Source: Treponema sp. (lineage in GTDB: Bacteria > Spirochaetota > Spirochaetia > Treponematales > Treponemataceae). From it: DNA of 64,000 bases. Where the stretch lies: positions 42,365-106,364 of the forward strand of contig JAFZRP010000110.1 of the NCBI GenBank assembly GCA_017619795.1, given 5' to 3'. Within the stretch, counting starts at the first letter, position 1, and the number at the start of each line of letters is the position of its first letter. The position numbers and the translations under genes were made by a program. This document shows positions 30,943 to 39,531 of the stretch, piece by piece. The notes beneath the pieces are model-generated. The model did not search any database. It was not told the DNA's origin and saw nothing but the letters and a program-made list of their open reading frames with translations.

Positions 30943-31200
30943 GTGAGGATTTTATGGCACGAAAATGCTTGGGATGATTACTGCGCCTGGCAAACACAAG
31001 ACAAGAAGACTCTCAAAAAACTAAATGCATTGATAAAAGATATTCAGCGCAGTCCCTTTGATGGAATTGGCAAGCCTGAACCTCTAAAAGAAAATCTTTC
31101 TGGTTGGTGGAGTCGCCGCATTGATGATGCTAACCGCATTGTTTACAAGCAGGAAGGGGAGAACATTATTATTGCTGCTTGTAAGGGGCATTATGAATAA
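30943..31200 (+). CDS. yoeB: Txe/YoeB family type II toxin
   Basis: AWDDY..WQ.QDKKTLKK.N.LIKDI.R.PF.GIGKPEPLK..LSG.WSRRID..NR.VY...CKGHY. Confidence 0.95.
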   Translation: MRILWHENAWDDYCAWQTQDKKTLKKLNALIKDIQRSPFDGIGKPEPLKENLSGWWSRRIDDANRIVYKQEGENIIIAACKGHYE

Positions 31201-31393
31201 CGAAACAGACGAACGTATAACTGCAATTGAAATGAAGCTTGCTTACATGGAAGACTTTGTAAATCAGATTCAAAATGTTGCAGTTGAACAGGCTAAGACG
31301 ATTGATAAGCTGCAAAAAGAAATAAAACTGATGTCCGATAAAATCCGTGAAATGTCGAATGCGAATGAAAATGAAATAAACGCGGGGTTTTAG
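31193..31393 (+). CDS. slyX: SlyX family protein with altered C-terminus
   Basis: ERITAIEMKLAYMEDFVNQIQ..VEQAKTIDKL; the usual terminal PPHY motif is missing. Confidence 0.75.
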   Translation: MNNETDERITAIEMKLAYMEDFVNQIQNVAVEQAKTIDKLQKEIKLMSDKIREMSNANENEINAGF

Positions 31394-31472
31394 GGGCGCA
31401 GCGCCCTAGGAGAGAGGGTAGAGAGCAATAACGCAAAGCGTTAGTGCGAGCGAGGGGGAGACTTCCCCCTCC
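31381..31472. repeat. GC-rich three-hairpin REP/MITE-like element between convergent genes
   Basis: Stems gggcg-cag-cgccc, taacgc-aaa-gcgtta and gaggggga-gact-tccccctc. Confidence 0.7.
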
Positions 31473-31477
31473 TAATG

Positions 31478-32251
31478 TTAAAGCACCGCCTTTAAGAACT
31501 GCTGCAAACGTTCGCTCTTTGGGTGGCTGAAGATTTCTTCTGGAGTGCCTTCTTCGGCAATAACGCCACCGTCCATGAAAACAACGCGGTCGGCAACTTC
31601 GCGGGCAAAGCCCATTTCGTGAGTTACAACAACCATTGTCATTCCGTCGTTTGCAAGCTGCTTCATAACGGCTAAAACTTCGCCAACAAGCTCTGGGTCA
31701 AGGGCAGAAGTAGGCTCATCAAAAAGAATTGTTTTAGGATTCATTGCAAGGGCGCGGGCAATGGCAACACGCTGCTGCTGACCACCGGAAAGGTTTGCAG
31801 GATAAACGTCAATTTTATCTCCCAAACCAACGCGTTCCAAAAGAGCAATTCCGTCTTTTTTGGCTTCTTCCTTAGATTTTCCAAGTACGTGCATTGGAGC
31901 AATCATAAGATTTTCCAAGGCTGTTTTGTGTGGAAAAAGATTGAAGCGCTGGAAAACCATTCCAACTTCCAGAAGGATTTCGCGACGCTGCTTTGAGTTT
32001 ATGTGCAGAAGACGGGTTCCGTGATCGTAATGTGTAAGAAGCTTGTCTTCTATGTAGATTGCGCCATTGTTTATGTGTTCAAGGTGATTTAAGGCTCGCA
32101 AAAAGGTTGATTTTCCGGCACCACTGGCACCAATTATACAAACAACCTCCTGAGGATGCACATTAAGTGTTACGCCCTTAAGTACCTCAAGCTTTCCGAA
32201 TGAAACGCAAACATTTTCAGCTCTAATCATGTCCATAATTCTTTCCTCCAT
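31478..32251 (-). CDS. Polar amino-acid ABC transporter ATP-binding protein
   Basis: [47 protein letters not shown]. Confidence 0.96.
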   Translation of the reverse strand: MEERIMDMIRAENVCVSFGKLEVLKGVTLNVHPQEVVCIIGASGAGKSTFLRALNHLEHINNGAIYIEDKLLTHYDHGTRLLHINSKQRREILLEVGMVFQRFNLFPHKTALENLMIAPMHVLGKSKEEAKKDGIALLERVGLGDKIDVYPANLSGGQQQRVAIARALAMNPKTILFDEPTSALDPELVGEVLAVMKQLANDGMTMVVVTHEMGFAREVADRVVFMDGGVIAEEGTPEEIFSHPKSERLQQFLKAVL

Positions 32252-32263
32252 ACCGTCTGTAAA

Positions 32264-32920
32264 TTACTCGTAAGTGTTTTTCTTTTCCAGCCAGCGGAAG
32301 AGAAGGGTGAACACTGCAGTGATAATCAGATAGAGAATCATAGCAGGAATGTATACAAGCGAAGATGCTGTTGAAGACTGAATACTTCTTGTAACCTTTG
32401 TGATATCGGCAAGAGCAATGATAGAAACCAGGGAAGCATCCTTAAGCATCATAATGAACTCGTTTCCAACCGGCGGAATAAGGCGTCTTATTGACTGCGG
32501 AAGGATGATGAGGCGCATTGTTTTAAGGTAGCTTAAGCCAAGAACTTTACCGGCTTCGAACTGTCCTTTATCTATAGACTGGATGGCTGAACGGAAAATC
32601 TCGGAGCAGTAGGCACCGCTGTTCAGACCAAAAGCTATAAATGCCGCAAGAAACTTACTGTTAATAGTGAGGGAGCGGCTGATTTCCGGCAGACCGTAAT
32701 AAACAAAGTAGAGCTGCATCAAAAGCGGGGTTCCGCGGAAAAAGAAAACATAGGCTTTGCTGATTCCGCGTAAAATCTTGCTCTTGGACATTGAGCCAAG
32801 AGCAAGAAATATTCCAAGAACAAGACCTGCACAGACTGAACACAAGGTCAACAGAATAGTGATTTTTGCACCGTTCAGCAGCTGCGGTGTCCAGCCAATT
32901 ATTTTTTGTATAACATTCAT
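32264..32920 (-). CDS. Polar amino-acid ABC transporter permease
   Basis: FRGTPLLMQL, AYCSEIFRSAIQSIDKGQFEA, IILPQ, LKDASL. Confidence 0.95.
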   Translation of the reverse strand: MNVIQKIIGWTPQLLNGAKITILLTLCSVCAGLVLGIFLALGSMSKSKILRGISKAYVFFFRGTPLLMQLYFVYYGLPEISRSLTINSKFLAAFIAFGLNSGAYCSEIFRSAIQSIDKGQFEAGKVLGLSYLKTMRLIILPQSIRRLIPPVGNEFIMMLKDASLVSIIALADITKVTRSIQSSTASSLVYIPAMILYLIITAVFTLLFRWLEKKNTYE

Positions 32921-32945
32921 AAACAGGTCCTTTCTTAAAAGTAAA

Positions 32946-32996
32946 GATTGCCGTGTCAAGCACGGCATGTCATATTCGGGCTTGTCCCGTATATCT
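32946..32996. repeat. REP-like palindromic element (two short stem-loops) between the SBP and permease genes
   Basis: gattgccgtgtcaagcacggc + gtcatattcgggcttgtcccgtatatc; CTTGA/TCAAG-type loop hairpins. Confidence 0.65.
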
Positions 32997-33807
32997 ATTT
33001 AATGCTGTCAGACAAATCCATTCCAAAAATCTTGATGTAGATGTTCTTCAAGGAACCGTCAGCTTTCATGTCATCAAGAGCTTTGTTGATTTTTGAGAGA
33101 AGAGCAGCGTTGCCTTTTTTCATACAAATACCGAAATATTCATCTGGAGTACCAGCCCAAACCTGCTTGTACTCTGAATCTTTCTGTGCAAGGTAATCAA
33201 CTGCAACAAGGCTGTCGCTTACAACTACGTCAATTCTCTTTAATCTGAGGTCGTCATAAGCATTCATAACTTTATCGTAAGCATTTTCTACATATTTGAA
33301 GTTTTCTGCTGCAGAAACCTTTTTTGCATAGAAGTCTGAAGTTGTTTCTGCCTGATAACCAACTTTAAGTCCTGCAATGTCAGAGAACTTGTTGATAGTG
33401 AGTGGAGAATCTTTACGAACAATTAATGCCTGTCCATTTCCAATGTATGGCTGAGCGAAGTCGAAGTTAGCTTTTCGTTCATCTGTAATTGTTGCAGCAG
33501 ATATTACAACGTCGTAGCGGTCTGTGTTAAGACCAGCAAAAATACCGTCCCAAGCTGTATCGATGAAAACTGCTTCGAGACCAAGACGTTTTGCAAGTTC
33601 TTTACCAAGTTCAACATCAAAGCCGATTGGAGTTTTTCCATCATCAGCATAATACTCAAAAGGTGGATAACCAACTTCCATTGCAATGCTCAGTTTTCCC
33701 TTTTCAATAGTGAACTCACCTTTTTCTGTTTTTGCTTCTTTTTTAGTACAAGAAGTGAAAGCTGCCAATGTTAAAACAGCACAGATAACAGAAACCAATT
33801 TTTTCAT
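32995..33807 (-). CDS. Amino-acid ABC transporter substrate-binding lipoprotein (family 3)
   Basis: Lipobox FTSC; YPPFEY, GFDVELG, WDGIFAGL..RYD, TITDERK..DF.QPY. Confidence 0.95.
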   Translation of the reverse strand: MKKLVSVICAVLTLAAFTSCTKKEAKTEKGEFTIEKGKLSIAMEVGYPPFEYYADDGKTPIGFDVELGKELAKRLGLEAVFIDTAWDGIFAGLNTDRYDVVISAATITDERKANFDFAQPYIGNGQALIVRKDSPLTINKFSDIAGLKVGYQAETTSDFYAKKVSAAENFKYVENAYDKVMNAYDDLRLKRIDVVVSDSLVAVDYLAQKDSEYKQVWAGTPDEYFGICMKKGNAALLSKINKALDDMKADGSLKNIYIKIFGMDLSDSIK

Positions 33808-33825
33808 AATGAAACCTCCGTAAAA

Positions 33826-33908
33826 CGAAAAAAGGGCAACACTCTACACAAAGCAGACGTCTTTGCCCCTCATTGAATTAATTATAATTATTTTAAGTTT
33901 TAGGTCAA
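33826..33908 (-). promoter_or_regulatory. Promoter TTGACC-N16-TATAAT and structured leader (GGGCAA...TTGCCC + U-tract) containing the micro-ORF MRGKDVCFV (33844-33873)
   Basis: Read directly on the minus strand; ATG lies 7 nt after the -10 box. Confidence 0.5.
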
Positions 33909-33924
33909 TATATAGAACAAATTT

Positions 33925-33961
33925 AAAATAAGAAACCGCAGATCCTATACAGAACCTGCGG
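33925..33961 (-). terminator. Intrinsic terminator after hsp20
   Basis: ccgcag...ctgcgg stem followed by tttcttatttt. Confidence 0.6.
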
Positions 33962-33991
33962 CTGGGGAGATTTTTATGACCTTACATCAGC

Positions 33992-34435
33992 TTATGCTGC
34001 AGTTATTGCAATCTTTCTTGGGGCAGCCAGAGCTTTTCGTGGCATTTTGACTGTCAAGATACCGTTTGTAACTTTTGCAGTAAGGTTTTCGTAGTCAACA
34101 TCTTCTGGAAGAGTAAAGCTTCTGCTGAACTTAGAGTAGCTTCTTTCCTTGATAAGGTATTTGCCGGCTTCTTTAGCTTCAGCTTTTTCTTCCTTCTTTT
34201 CTTCTTTTTCTGTTTTTGTTTCAGAAGAAATTGTAAGGACGTTGTGGTTAAGCTCAATGTTTACATCTTTATCTGTTTTTCCTGGCAAATCCATTTCCAG
34301 TGTGTAGGCATCTTTTTCTTCCTTTACATCAACCTTTGGTGCTGCAAAGACCTTCTTGATATTGAAAGATGGCAACGCGAAGGTGTCATCCTCAAATCCA
34401 TTAAATAAATCATTAAAAAGTGCTAATTCGTTCAT
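33992..34435 (-). CDS. Hsp20/alpha-crystallin small heat-shock protein
   Basis: PKVDVKE, MDLPG, ERSYSKFSRSFTLP, AKVTNGILTV, IAI tail. Confidence 0.96.
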   Translation of the reverse strand: MNELALFNDLFNGFEDDTFALPSFNIKKVFAAPKVDVKEEKDAYTLEMDLPGKTDKDVNIELNHNVLTISSETKTEKEEKKEEKAEAKEAGKYLIKERSYSKFSRSFTLPEDVDYENLTAKVTNGILTVKMPRKALAAPRKIAITAA

Positions 34436-34541
34436 ATCGTTACCTCTTATTTTTTATTAGCCGCCGGAGTTTATACAAACTGTACTGGGCTCCTGCTGGT
34501 TTTTAATTTCCGAAGCTTTTTTGTGGCTTCATACATTATAT

Positions 34542-34557
34542 AGCAATTTCCGTGCCA
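34542..34557 (-). promoter_or_regulatory. Sigma54 (-24/-12) promoter TGGCACGGAAATTGCT upstream of hsp20
   Basis: Exact TGGCACG-N4-TTGC consensus about 105 bp upstream of the ATG. Confidence 0.78.
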
Positions 34558-34827
34558 ACTTTTAGAAAAAATAAAAAATGATGATGATTTTTGCTTTTTT
34601 TTGTGATTTTGCACTTTTCCCAGATGATTTTTCGCTTTTTTTGGCTTATTTTCGCATGATTTACAGTTTAGTTTTGGAGGCGTCAGCTTATTTCTGCGGT
34701 TATCGCGCGTTCTACAGGCTGATGATGAACGCACCTTTAGCGACAAAGAGGCTCATTTTCTGTCGGATTGACACAGTTGGATGTATCAAAAATACCCAAT
34801 TTTCAGCGGATCGGGCAGGGTAGGAAA

Positions 34828-35487
34828 TCAATTTGTCTCTTTTACAAAGAAATAGCTGCCGATTGCGGTAGGATGATCAAAAAACAGAACATCTTTTCCT
34901 TTTGATTTTATTTTAAGCAGATTATGAATCATTATAAAATCACCTCCGCCGCCAAAAACCATAACTACCGTAACAGCAAAGAACCAGACATTTCCTATAA
35001 AAATAGCGACAGTTCCCAGGGCAAAGCCCAGAACTATGGTTGGCATTACAGCCGCGATAATGTACTGCTTTTTTGTAAGGGTTTCCTTTGTTGTGCAATA
35101 TGGAGCAAAAGCTGCTTTATTAAACCCAAACGACACCGACTTCCAGCCGTTTTTAGCAAATATTGCAAAGAAAATACCGTGAATAAACTCGTGCAGAAAT
35201 ATACAGGCCGTCATTCCTAATACAGATAAGAAAAGCCTAAATTCATATACCCAAATAGAGGTGGATTTAAAGTCAAATTTTGTAGAAAACACCTTATTGT
35301 GTATACAATATAATACAATCATAAGAGCGGCAAAAGGCAGCATATACACGATAGACATTGTATTTGCATAAGTTGGGGTAAGAATCTTCTCGTGGCAGAC
35401 ATATCCCTGAGATTCAAGATCTGTGCGTATTTGATTAAATACTTCGGCACGTTTTTTTTCGGCTTCTGTTAGTTCTTCTTTTTCCAT
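34828..35487 (-). CDS. DUF3267 putative zincin-type membrane metallopeptidase
   Basis: LHEFIHG (HExxH), FGFN....PYC, MPTIVLG, GGGGDF, DHP. Confidence 0.85.
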   Translation of the reverse strand: MEKEELTEAEKKRAEVFNQIRTDLESQGYVCHEKILTPTYANTMSIVYMLPFAALMIVLYCIHNKVFSTKFDFKSTSIWVYEFRLFLSVLGMTACIFLHEFIHGIFFAIFAKNGWKSVSFGFNKAAFAPYCTTKETLTKKQYIIAAVMPTIVLGFALGTVAIFIGNVWFFAVTVVMVFGGGGDFIMIHNLLKIKSKGKDVLFFDHPTAIGSYFFVKETN

Positions 35488-35541
35488 AATGATATTGTAC
35501 AGGATTTTTGCAAAATTTCCAGTAAATTTGGGTATTTTATA

Positions 35542-35569
35542 ACTGTGTATAATATATGTTCTGTCGACC
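35542..35569 (+). other. Candidate dif (XerCD) site ACTGTGTATAA-TATATG-TTCTGTCGACC
   Basis: 11-6-11 layout; 7/11 and 6/11 identity to the E. coli dif arms by eye; intergenic; GGGNAGGG motifs converge on this region. Confidence 0.45.
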
Positions 35570-35640
35570 ATAATATTATTCTATAATAATCCTTCCTCTA
35601 TTTCATATACACAACTAAAACATTCGTATAAAATAGGCCT

Positions 35641-36303
35641 ATGGACAATCTTGTTTTTATTCTGGAGCTTATTGGTACTATCGCCTTTTCTCTTTCTGGA
35701 ACCTTAACCGGAATACAGAAAAAAATGGATTTGCTTGGAGTAATAATTTTAGGTGCAGTAACAGCTACAGGCGGTGGAATTCTTCGCGATATTCTTCTTG
35801 GTACTTTGCCACCAAAAGCTTTTATAAATGGAATCTATATATTGGTCAGCAGTATTGTTTCTGTTGCTGTATTTTTTTACATATATTTCCGCATAAAAGG
35901 ATATAGAAAGATAATTCATGCTGATTTTCTTCCAATTTCTCTGATTGCAGATGCTATCGGACTAGGAATATTTACAGTTGTTGGTGTTAAAGCTGTTTTT
36001 GATGCAGATATGGTTTTGAATTATTTTATTCCTGTCCTTTTAGGAACAATAACTGGCGTTGGTGGTGGAGTTTTTAGAGATATTCTTGCCGGAGACAAGC
36101 CGTATATTTTTGTAAGACATATTTATGCGAGTGCAGCTATAGTTGGAGCTTTAATTTCTACCGTTCTTTGGATTCCCTGCGGCCAGAATATAGCAGCAAT
36201 CGTTGGATTTTTTACAGTTTTAATTATCCGGATTGTTGCCATTAAGTTTAATCTTAATCTCCCTAAGGTTGATTTGCCAGAAGAGAACAAAACGAACGAA
36301 TAA
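35641..36303 (+). CDS. TRIC channel family (UPF0126/YadS-like) membrane protein
   Basis: IGTIAFSLSG, D.LGV.ILG.VTATGGGILRDILLG, DAIGLGIFTVVG, TGVGGGVFRD. Confidence 0.92.
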   Translation: MDNLVFILELIGTIAFSLSGTLTGIQKKMDLLGVIILGAVTATGGGILRDILLGTLPPKAFINGIYILVSSIVSVAVFFYIYFRIKGYRKIIHADFLPISLIADAIGLGIFTVVGVKAVFDADMVLNYFIPVLLGTITGVGGGVFRDILAGDKPYIFVRHIYASAAIVGALISTVLWIPCGQNIAAIVGFFTVLIIRIVAIKFNLNLPKVDLPEENKTNE

Positions 36304-38095
36304 AGCTTTCACTTACCTTTGGTAAACGGTCATACGTTAAAAATCCGTTAGTTTCATCCTCAACATCACTGAGCTGAGTATAAATTGCGGCACACAAACC
36401 CTTTCCCTTATAAGGTTTAATCTGTGTGTTGTACAGCTCATAAATTGCCTCTTCCAGACTACCCTGCTCCTTAAAAAATCTGTAGCCGTAATTCTGATTC
36501 TTATTAAAATAGTGATTCGGCTCCAGCTTGAACGAATAACCGCCAAACTCAGAAATTACAATCGGTTTATCGGATTTTTTGATTTTGATTTTGCGGAAAT
36601 AGATGTGATCGCTTTCAACATCAGTTTTTTTCTGCTTAAACCAGCCGGAGGTTGAATCAATTATTCTTGTGGAATCAAGTGTTTTTACAAAATCATACAT
36701 TTCATCTGCGCAGAACTGACCCCAGCCTTCATTAAAAATGGTGTAATAGCAGATACACGGATAATTGTACAGGGTTTTGATTGTATCTTCGACGGTCTGC
36801 TTGAAAATACGGCGGGTTTCCGGTGATTTATGAAAATGCCTGTCATTAAAAAGAAGGCTTTTTCCGGAATGGAAATGGCTGGAATCACCAAAAATAGTTG
36901 GCAGAATTGTATCGTGAAAAAATGAATAGTCTGCGTTGTTCACAAAATCCTGGAAAACAACCATTCCAAGACGGTCGCAGGCTTCGTAAAATCCCGGCGG
37001 CTCTATTTTTATATGCTTACGCAAGGTATTAAAACCAAGCTTTTTCATTGCAAGAATATCGTTTTCCCACCCGTGCTCAGAGTTTGGAAGAAAGATTCCC
37101 TGTGGCCAGTAGCCCTGATCGAGCACTCCATTGAAAAAATAAGGTTTCCCGTTCAGTAAAAGTCGCTGATAACCGTCTGAATCGCGACCAATTCCAACTG
37201 TTCGCAGCCCAAAATAACTTTGTACCTTATCCTGCGAACCTTCAATTGTTATGTCGTATAATTCCGGCGATTCAGGTGACCAAAGCCTTGGGTTTTCAAC
37301 TTTTATATATGTTTTCAGACTACTAAAACCTTTTTCCACTTTAGTTCCAGGTTCATCATCATGTGTATTTATGCAAACCGTCTGCTTTTGTTCCGTACCA
37401 TCTGCGCGCGATTTTAAAATAACCGTGTATTCATCATCATCACCCTCAATTTCAAGCGTAATTCTCTCTAAATCCGGAGTGATTTTGATTCCGCGGATAT
37501 ATTTTTCAGGCACACTTTCCAGCCAGACCGTCTGCCAGATTCCAGAAACAGGAGTATACCACATTCCTCCCCTATTCTTTTTCTGCTTACCGTAAGGATA
37601 TTTGTGATCCAGATGGTCAACAATATCAACCTTAAGCTTATGCTGATTTTGAGAGATTGCAGTACCGGCTGCCCTGTCTCCTGCAACAAAATCTGTAATA
37701 TCAAAGCTAAACGGAGTATAACCGCCTTTGTGCTCGCTAACAAAATGGCCATCAATATAAACCCTGGCAATCTGATCTACCGCACCAAAATTAAGCAGCA
37801 CACGATCTTTGATAAAATCAGCAGGGAGAGAAAAAGTTGTGAAATATGTGTATTCCTCAAAGGATTGTTGTGTCGAATCCGACAAGGACAATTGTGCATT
37901 TTCCGATCCCAGCGGAAACGGTACAACTACTCCACAATCCCACTTTCCGTTCAGATTGAAAAAAGAGTCTCTCTTAAATTGCGGACGCGGATATTTTGCA
38001 AACGGGACGTTCCCAGAACCAATTGATCCTATATTCTTTGCATCCCCTACTTCATCATCTATTTTGAGCTTGTTGAACTCTTCTTTTTTAGCCAC
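36263..38095 (-). CDS. GH2 glycoside hydrolase (beta-galactosidase/glucuronidase-like)
   Basis: YPRPQFKRD, LNFGAVDQ, GGMWYTPVSGIWQTVWLE, LDQGYWP, GFNTLRKHIK, FNEGWGQF, SEFGG, YTQLSDVEDE. Confidence 0.92.
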   Translation of the reverse strand: MAKKEEFNKLKIDDEVGDAKNIGSIGSGNVPFAKYPRPQFKRDSFFNLNGKWDCGVVVPFPLGSENAQLSLSDSTQQSFEEYTYFTTFSLPADFIKDRVLLNFGAVDQIARVYIDGHFVSEHKGGYTPFSFDITDFVAGDRAAGTAISQNQHKLKVDIVDHLDHKYPYGKQKKNRGGMWYTPVSGIWQTVWLESVPEKYIRGIKITPDLERITLEIEGDDDEYTVILKSRADGTEQKQTVCINTHDDEPGTKVEKGFSSLKTYIKVENPRLWSPESPELYDITIEGSQDKVQSYFGLRTVGIGRDSDGYQRLLLNGKPYFFNGVLDQGYWPQGIFLPNSEHGWENDILAMKKLGFNTLRKHIKIEPPGFYEACDRLGMVVFQDFVNNADYSFFHDTILPTIFGDSSHFHSGKSLLFNDRHFHKSPETRRIFKQTVEDTIKTLYNYPCICYYTIFNEGWGQFCADEMYDFVKTLDSTRIIDSTSGWFKQKKTDVESDHIYFRKIKIKKSDKPIVISEFGGYSFKLEPNHYFNKNQNYGYRFFKEQGSLEEAIYELYNTQIKPYKGKGLCAAIYTQLSDVEDETNGFLTYDRLPKVSESFIRSFCSLLANQP

Positions 38096-39381
38096 GAAAC
38101 ACCCCAAATTGCAAGGAAAATAAACAAACCGGCAATAAATGCTGCAAGATAAATATTATGATTTGGAATAAACGATTCAGTTCCATCGCCATTTGCAATT
38201 TTTTCTGCATTTTTTAATACTGCGGCACCAATTGCAGGTCCAATTACGCCAGGAATAAGTACCTGAGCAATAATTCTTACGCCCTGGAACATACCGGTTT
38301 TATCCTGTGGTGTATAATCGCGCACCATTGCACCAAAAACAGCCATTCCGGAAAGGAAGCCCGAAAGCATTAAAAGCGAACCGATAAAAACAAGGACAAT
38401 GTTCGTAAAGAAATACAGGAAAACATAACCTACAAGCAGCGTAACAACTGCCGGAATTACCGATTTTTCAAAACCAAACTTATCGTAAACGCGGCCATAA
38501 AAAAACGTAACAAGTGCAGCGGCAAGAATTGCAGGCGCCATAATCAGGACGTAATTTGAAAGCTTAAGACTCTGCTCGTAATACAAAATCAGATAAGGCA
38601 TAAAAATCTGGATTGAAATATTAAATACCGCAAATGCCAGCAAAATCACATAAAGCATATAATTCTGCTTGATTACAGAAGGCTTAAAGCTGTAGAAAAT
38701 GTTTTTGAAGTAATGAGAGTTTTCTTCCTTCGCATTTTGCAAAAGCTCGCGGGATTTTGAATCATCAATCAGGAAAACACCAAGTCCACCAACAACAATT
38801 ACAACGCCACCAATTATAAAGAAAATGCTTGTCCAGGCTTCCGGCTTGTTCAAATCAAAGGACATAAAGCTGCCAAAAACAACCAGAACCGAAATAAGCG
38901 GCATCATCGCATTTATACCTTCGATTTTTCCACGGTTTGTTTCATCACCCATATCGGTGAGCCACGCATTAAAACAGGCATCGTTGGCAGAAGAACCGAA
39001 GAAGGTCATAACACAATCCATTATGATTACGATATTACAGCCTAAGGTTGCAGCGGCTACTACACTACCCGTAAACTTAGTCAACACATCCATTTTGATT
39101 AAACCGAAGCTCAAAATAGAAACACCCCAGAAGGCATAACCGGCACAAAGGAAAACCTTTCTCCGCCCTACTTTATCTGAAAGTGCGCCAATAAGAAGTG
39201 TTGTTACAGCCGCAGTTACTGCACTTGCCGCAACCATCACAGAAATCTGAGCTGCACTCGCATGAAACATCTTGTAAATAAATACATTGAAATACATGTT
39301 TTCAATGACCCAGGCAATCTGACCAATCAGACTGAAAATTGTTAATGAAATATAAAACTTCTTTGATAATTTATCGCTCAT
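38059..39381 (-). CDS. MFS transporter; 3' end overlaps the GH2 ORF across an A_AAA_AAG heptamer
   Basis: GQIAWVIENMYFNVF, GALSDKVGRRK motif A, MTFFGSSANDACFNAW; about 12 TM. Confidence 0.9.
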   Translation of the reverse strand: MSDKLSKKFYISLTIFSLIGQIAWVIENMYFNVFIYKMFHASAAQISVMVAASAVTAAVTTLLIGALSDKVGRRKVFLCAGYAFWGVSILSFGLIKMDVLTKFTGSVVAAATLGCNIVIIMDCVMTFFGSSANDACFNAWLTDMGDETNRGKIEGINAMMPLISVLVVFGSFMSFDLNKPEAWTSIFFIIGGVVIVVGGLGVFLIDDSKSRELLQNAKEENSHYFKNIFYSFKPSVIKQNYMLYVILLAFAVFNISIQIFMPYLILYYEQSLKLSNYVLIMAPAILAAALVTFFYGRVYDKFGFEKSVIPAVVTLLVGYVFLYFFTNIVLVFIGSLLMLSGFLSGMAVFGAMVRDYTPQDKTGMFQGVRIIAQVLIPGVIGPAIGAAVLKNAEKIANGDGTESFIPNHNIYLAAFIAGLFIFLAIWGVSWLKKKSSTSSK

Positions 39382-39531
39382 AATATTTCTATTTTAACAC
39401 GAAAATGGGAATTAATAACAAATTGTTTAAATAATTTAAAAATATTATTTCGCTTGCCTTTTTTGCAATTTGGATTAAACTAACTGTAATCCCAATTTTT
39501 CGGGGAAACTTTATTTTATTAAGAGGAAATT

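Noticed and set aside
28460-31470. Integron cassette array or prophage/ICE
   Set aside because: No attC repeats, integrase, phage structural genes or flanking direct repeats seen
34670-34760. Fluoride riboswitch or hammerhead-like words (AACCGC...GCTGACG; CTGATGA)
   Set aside because: No GATGG/GTTC 5' element and no GAAA core at the required positions
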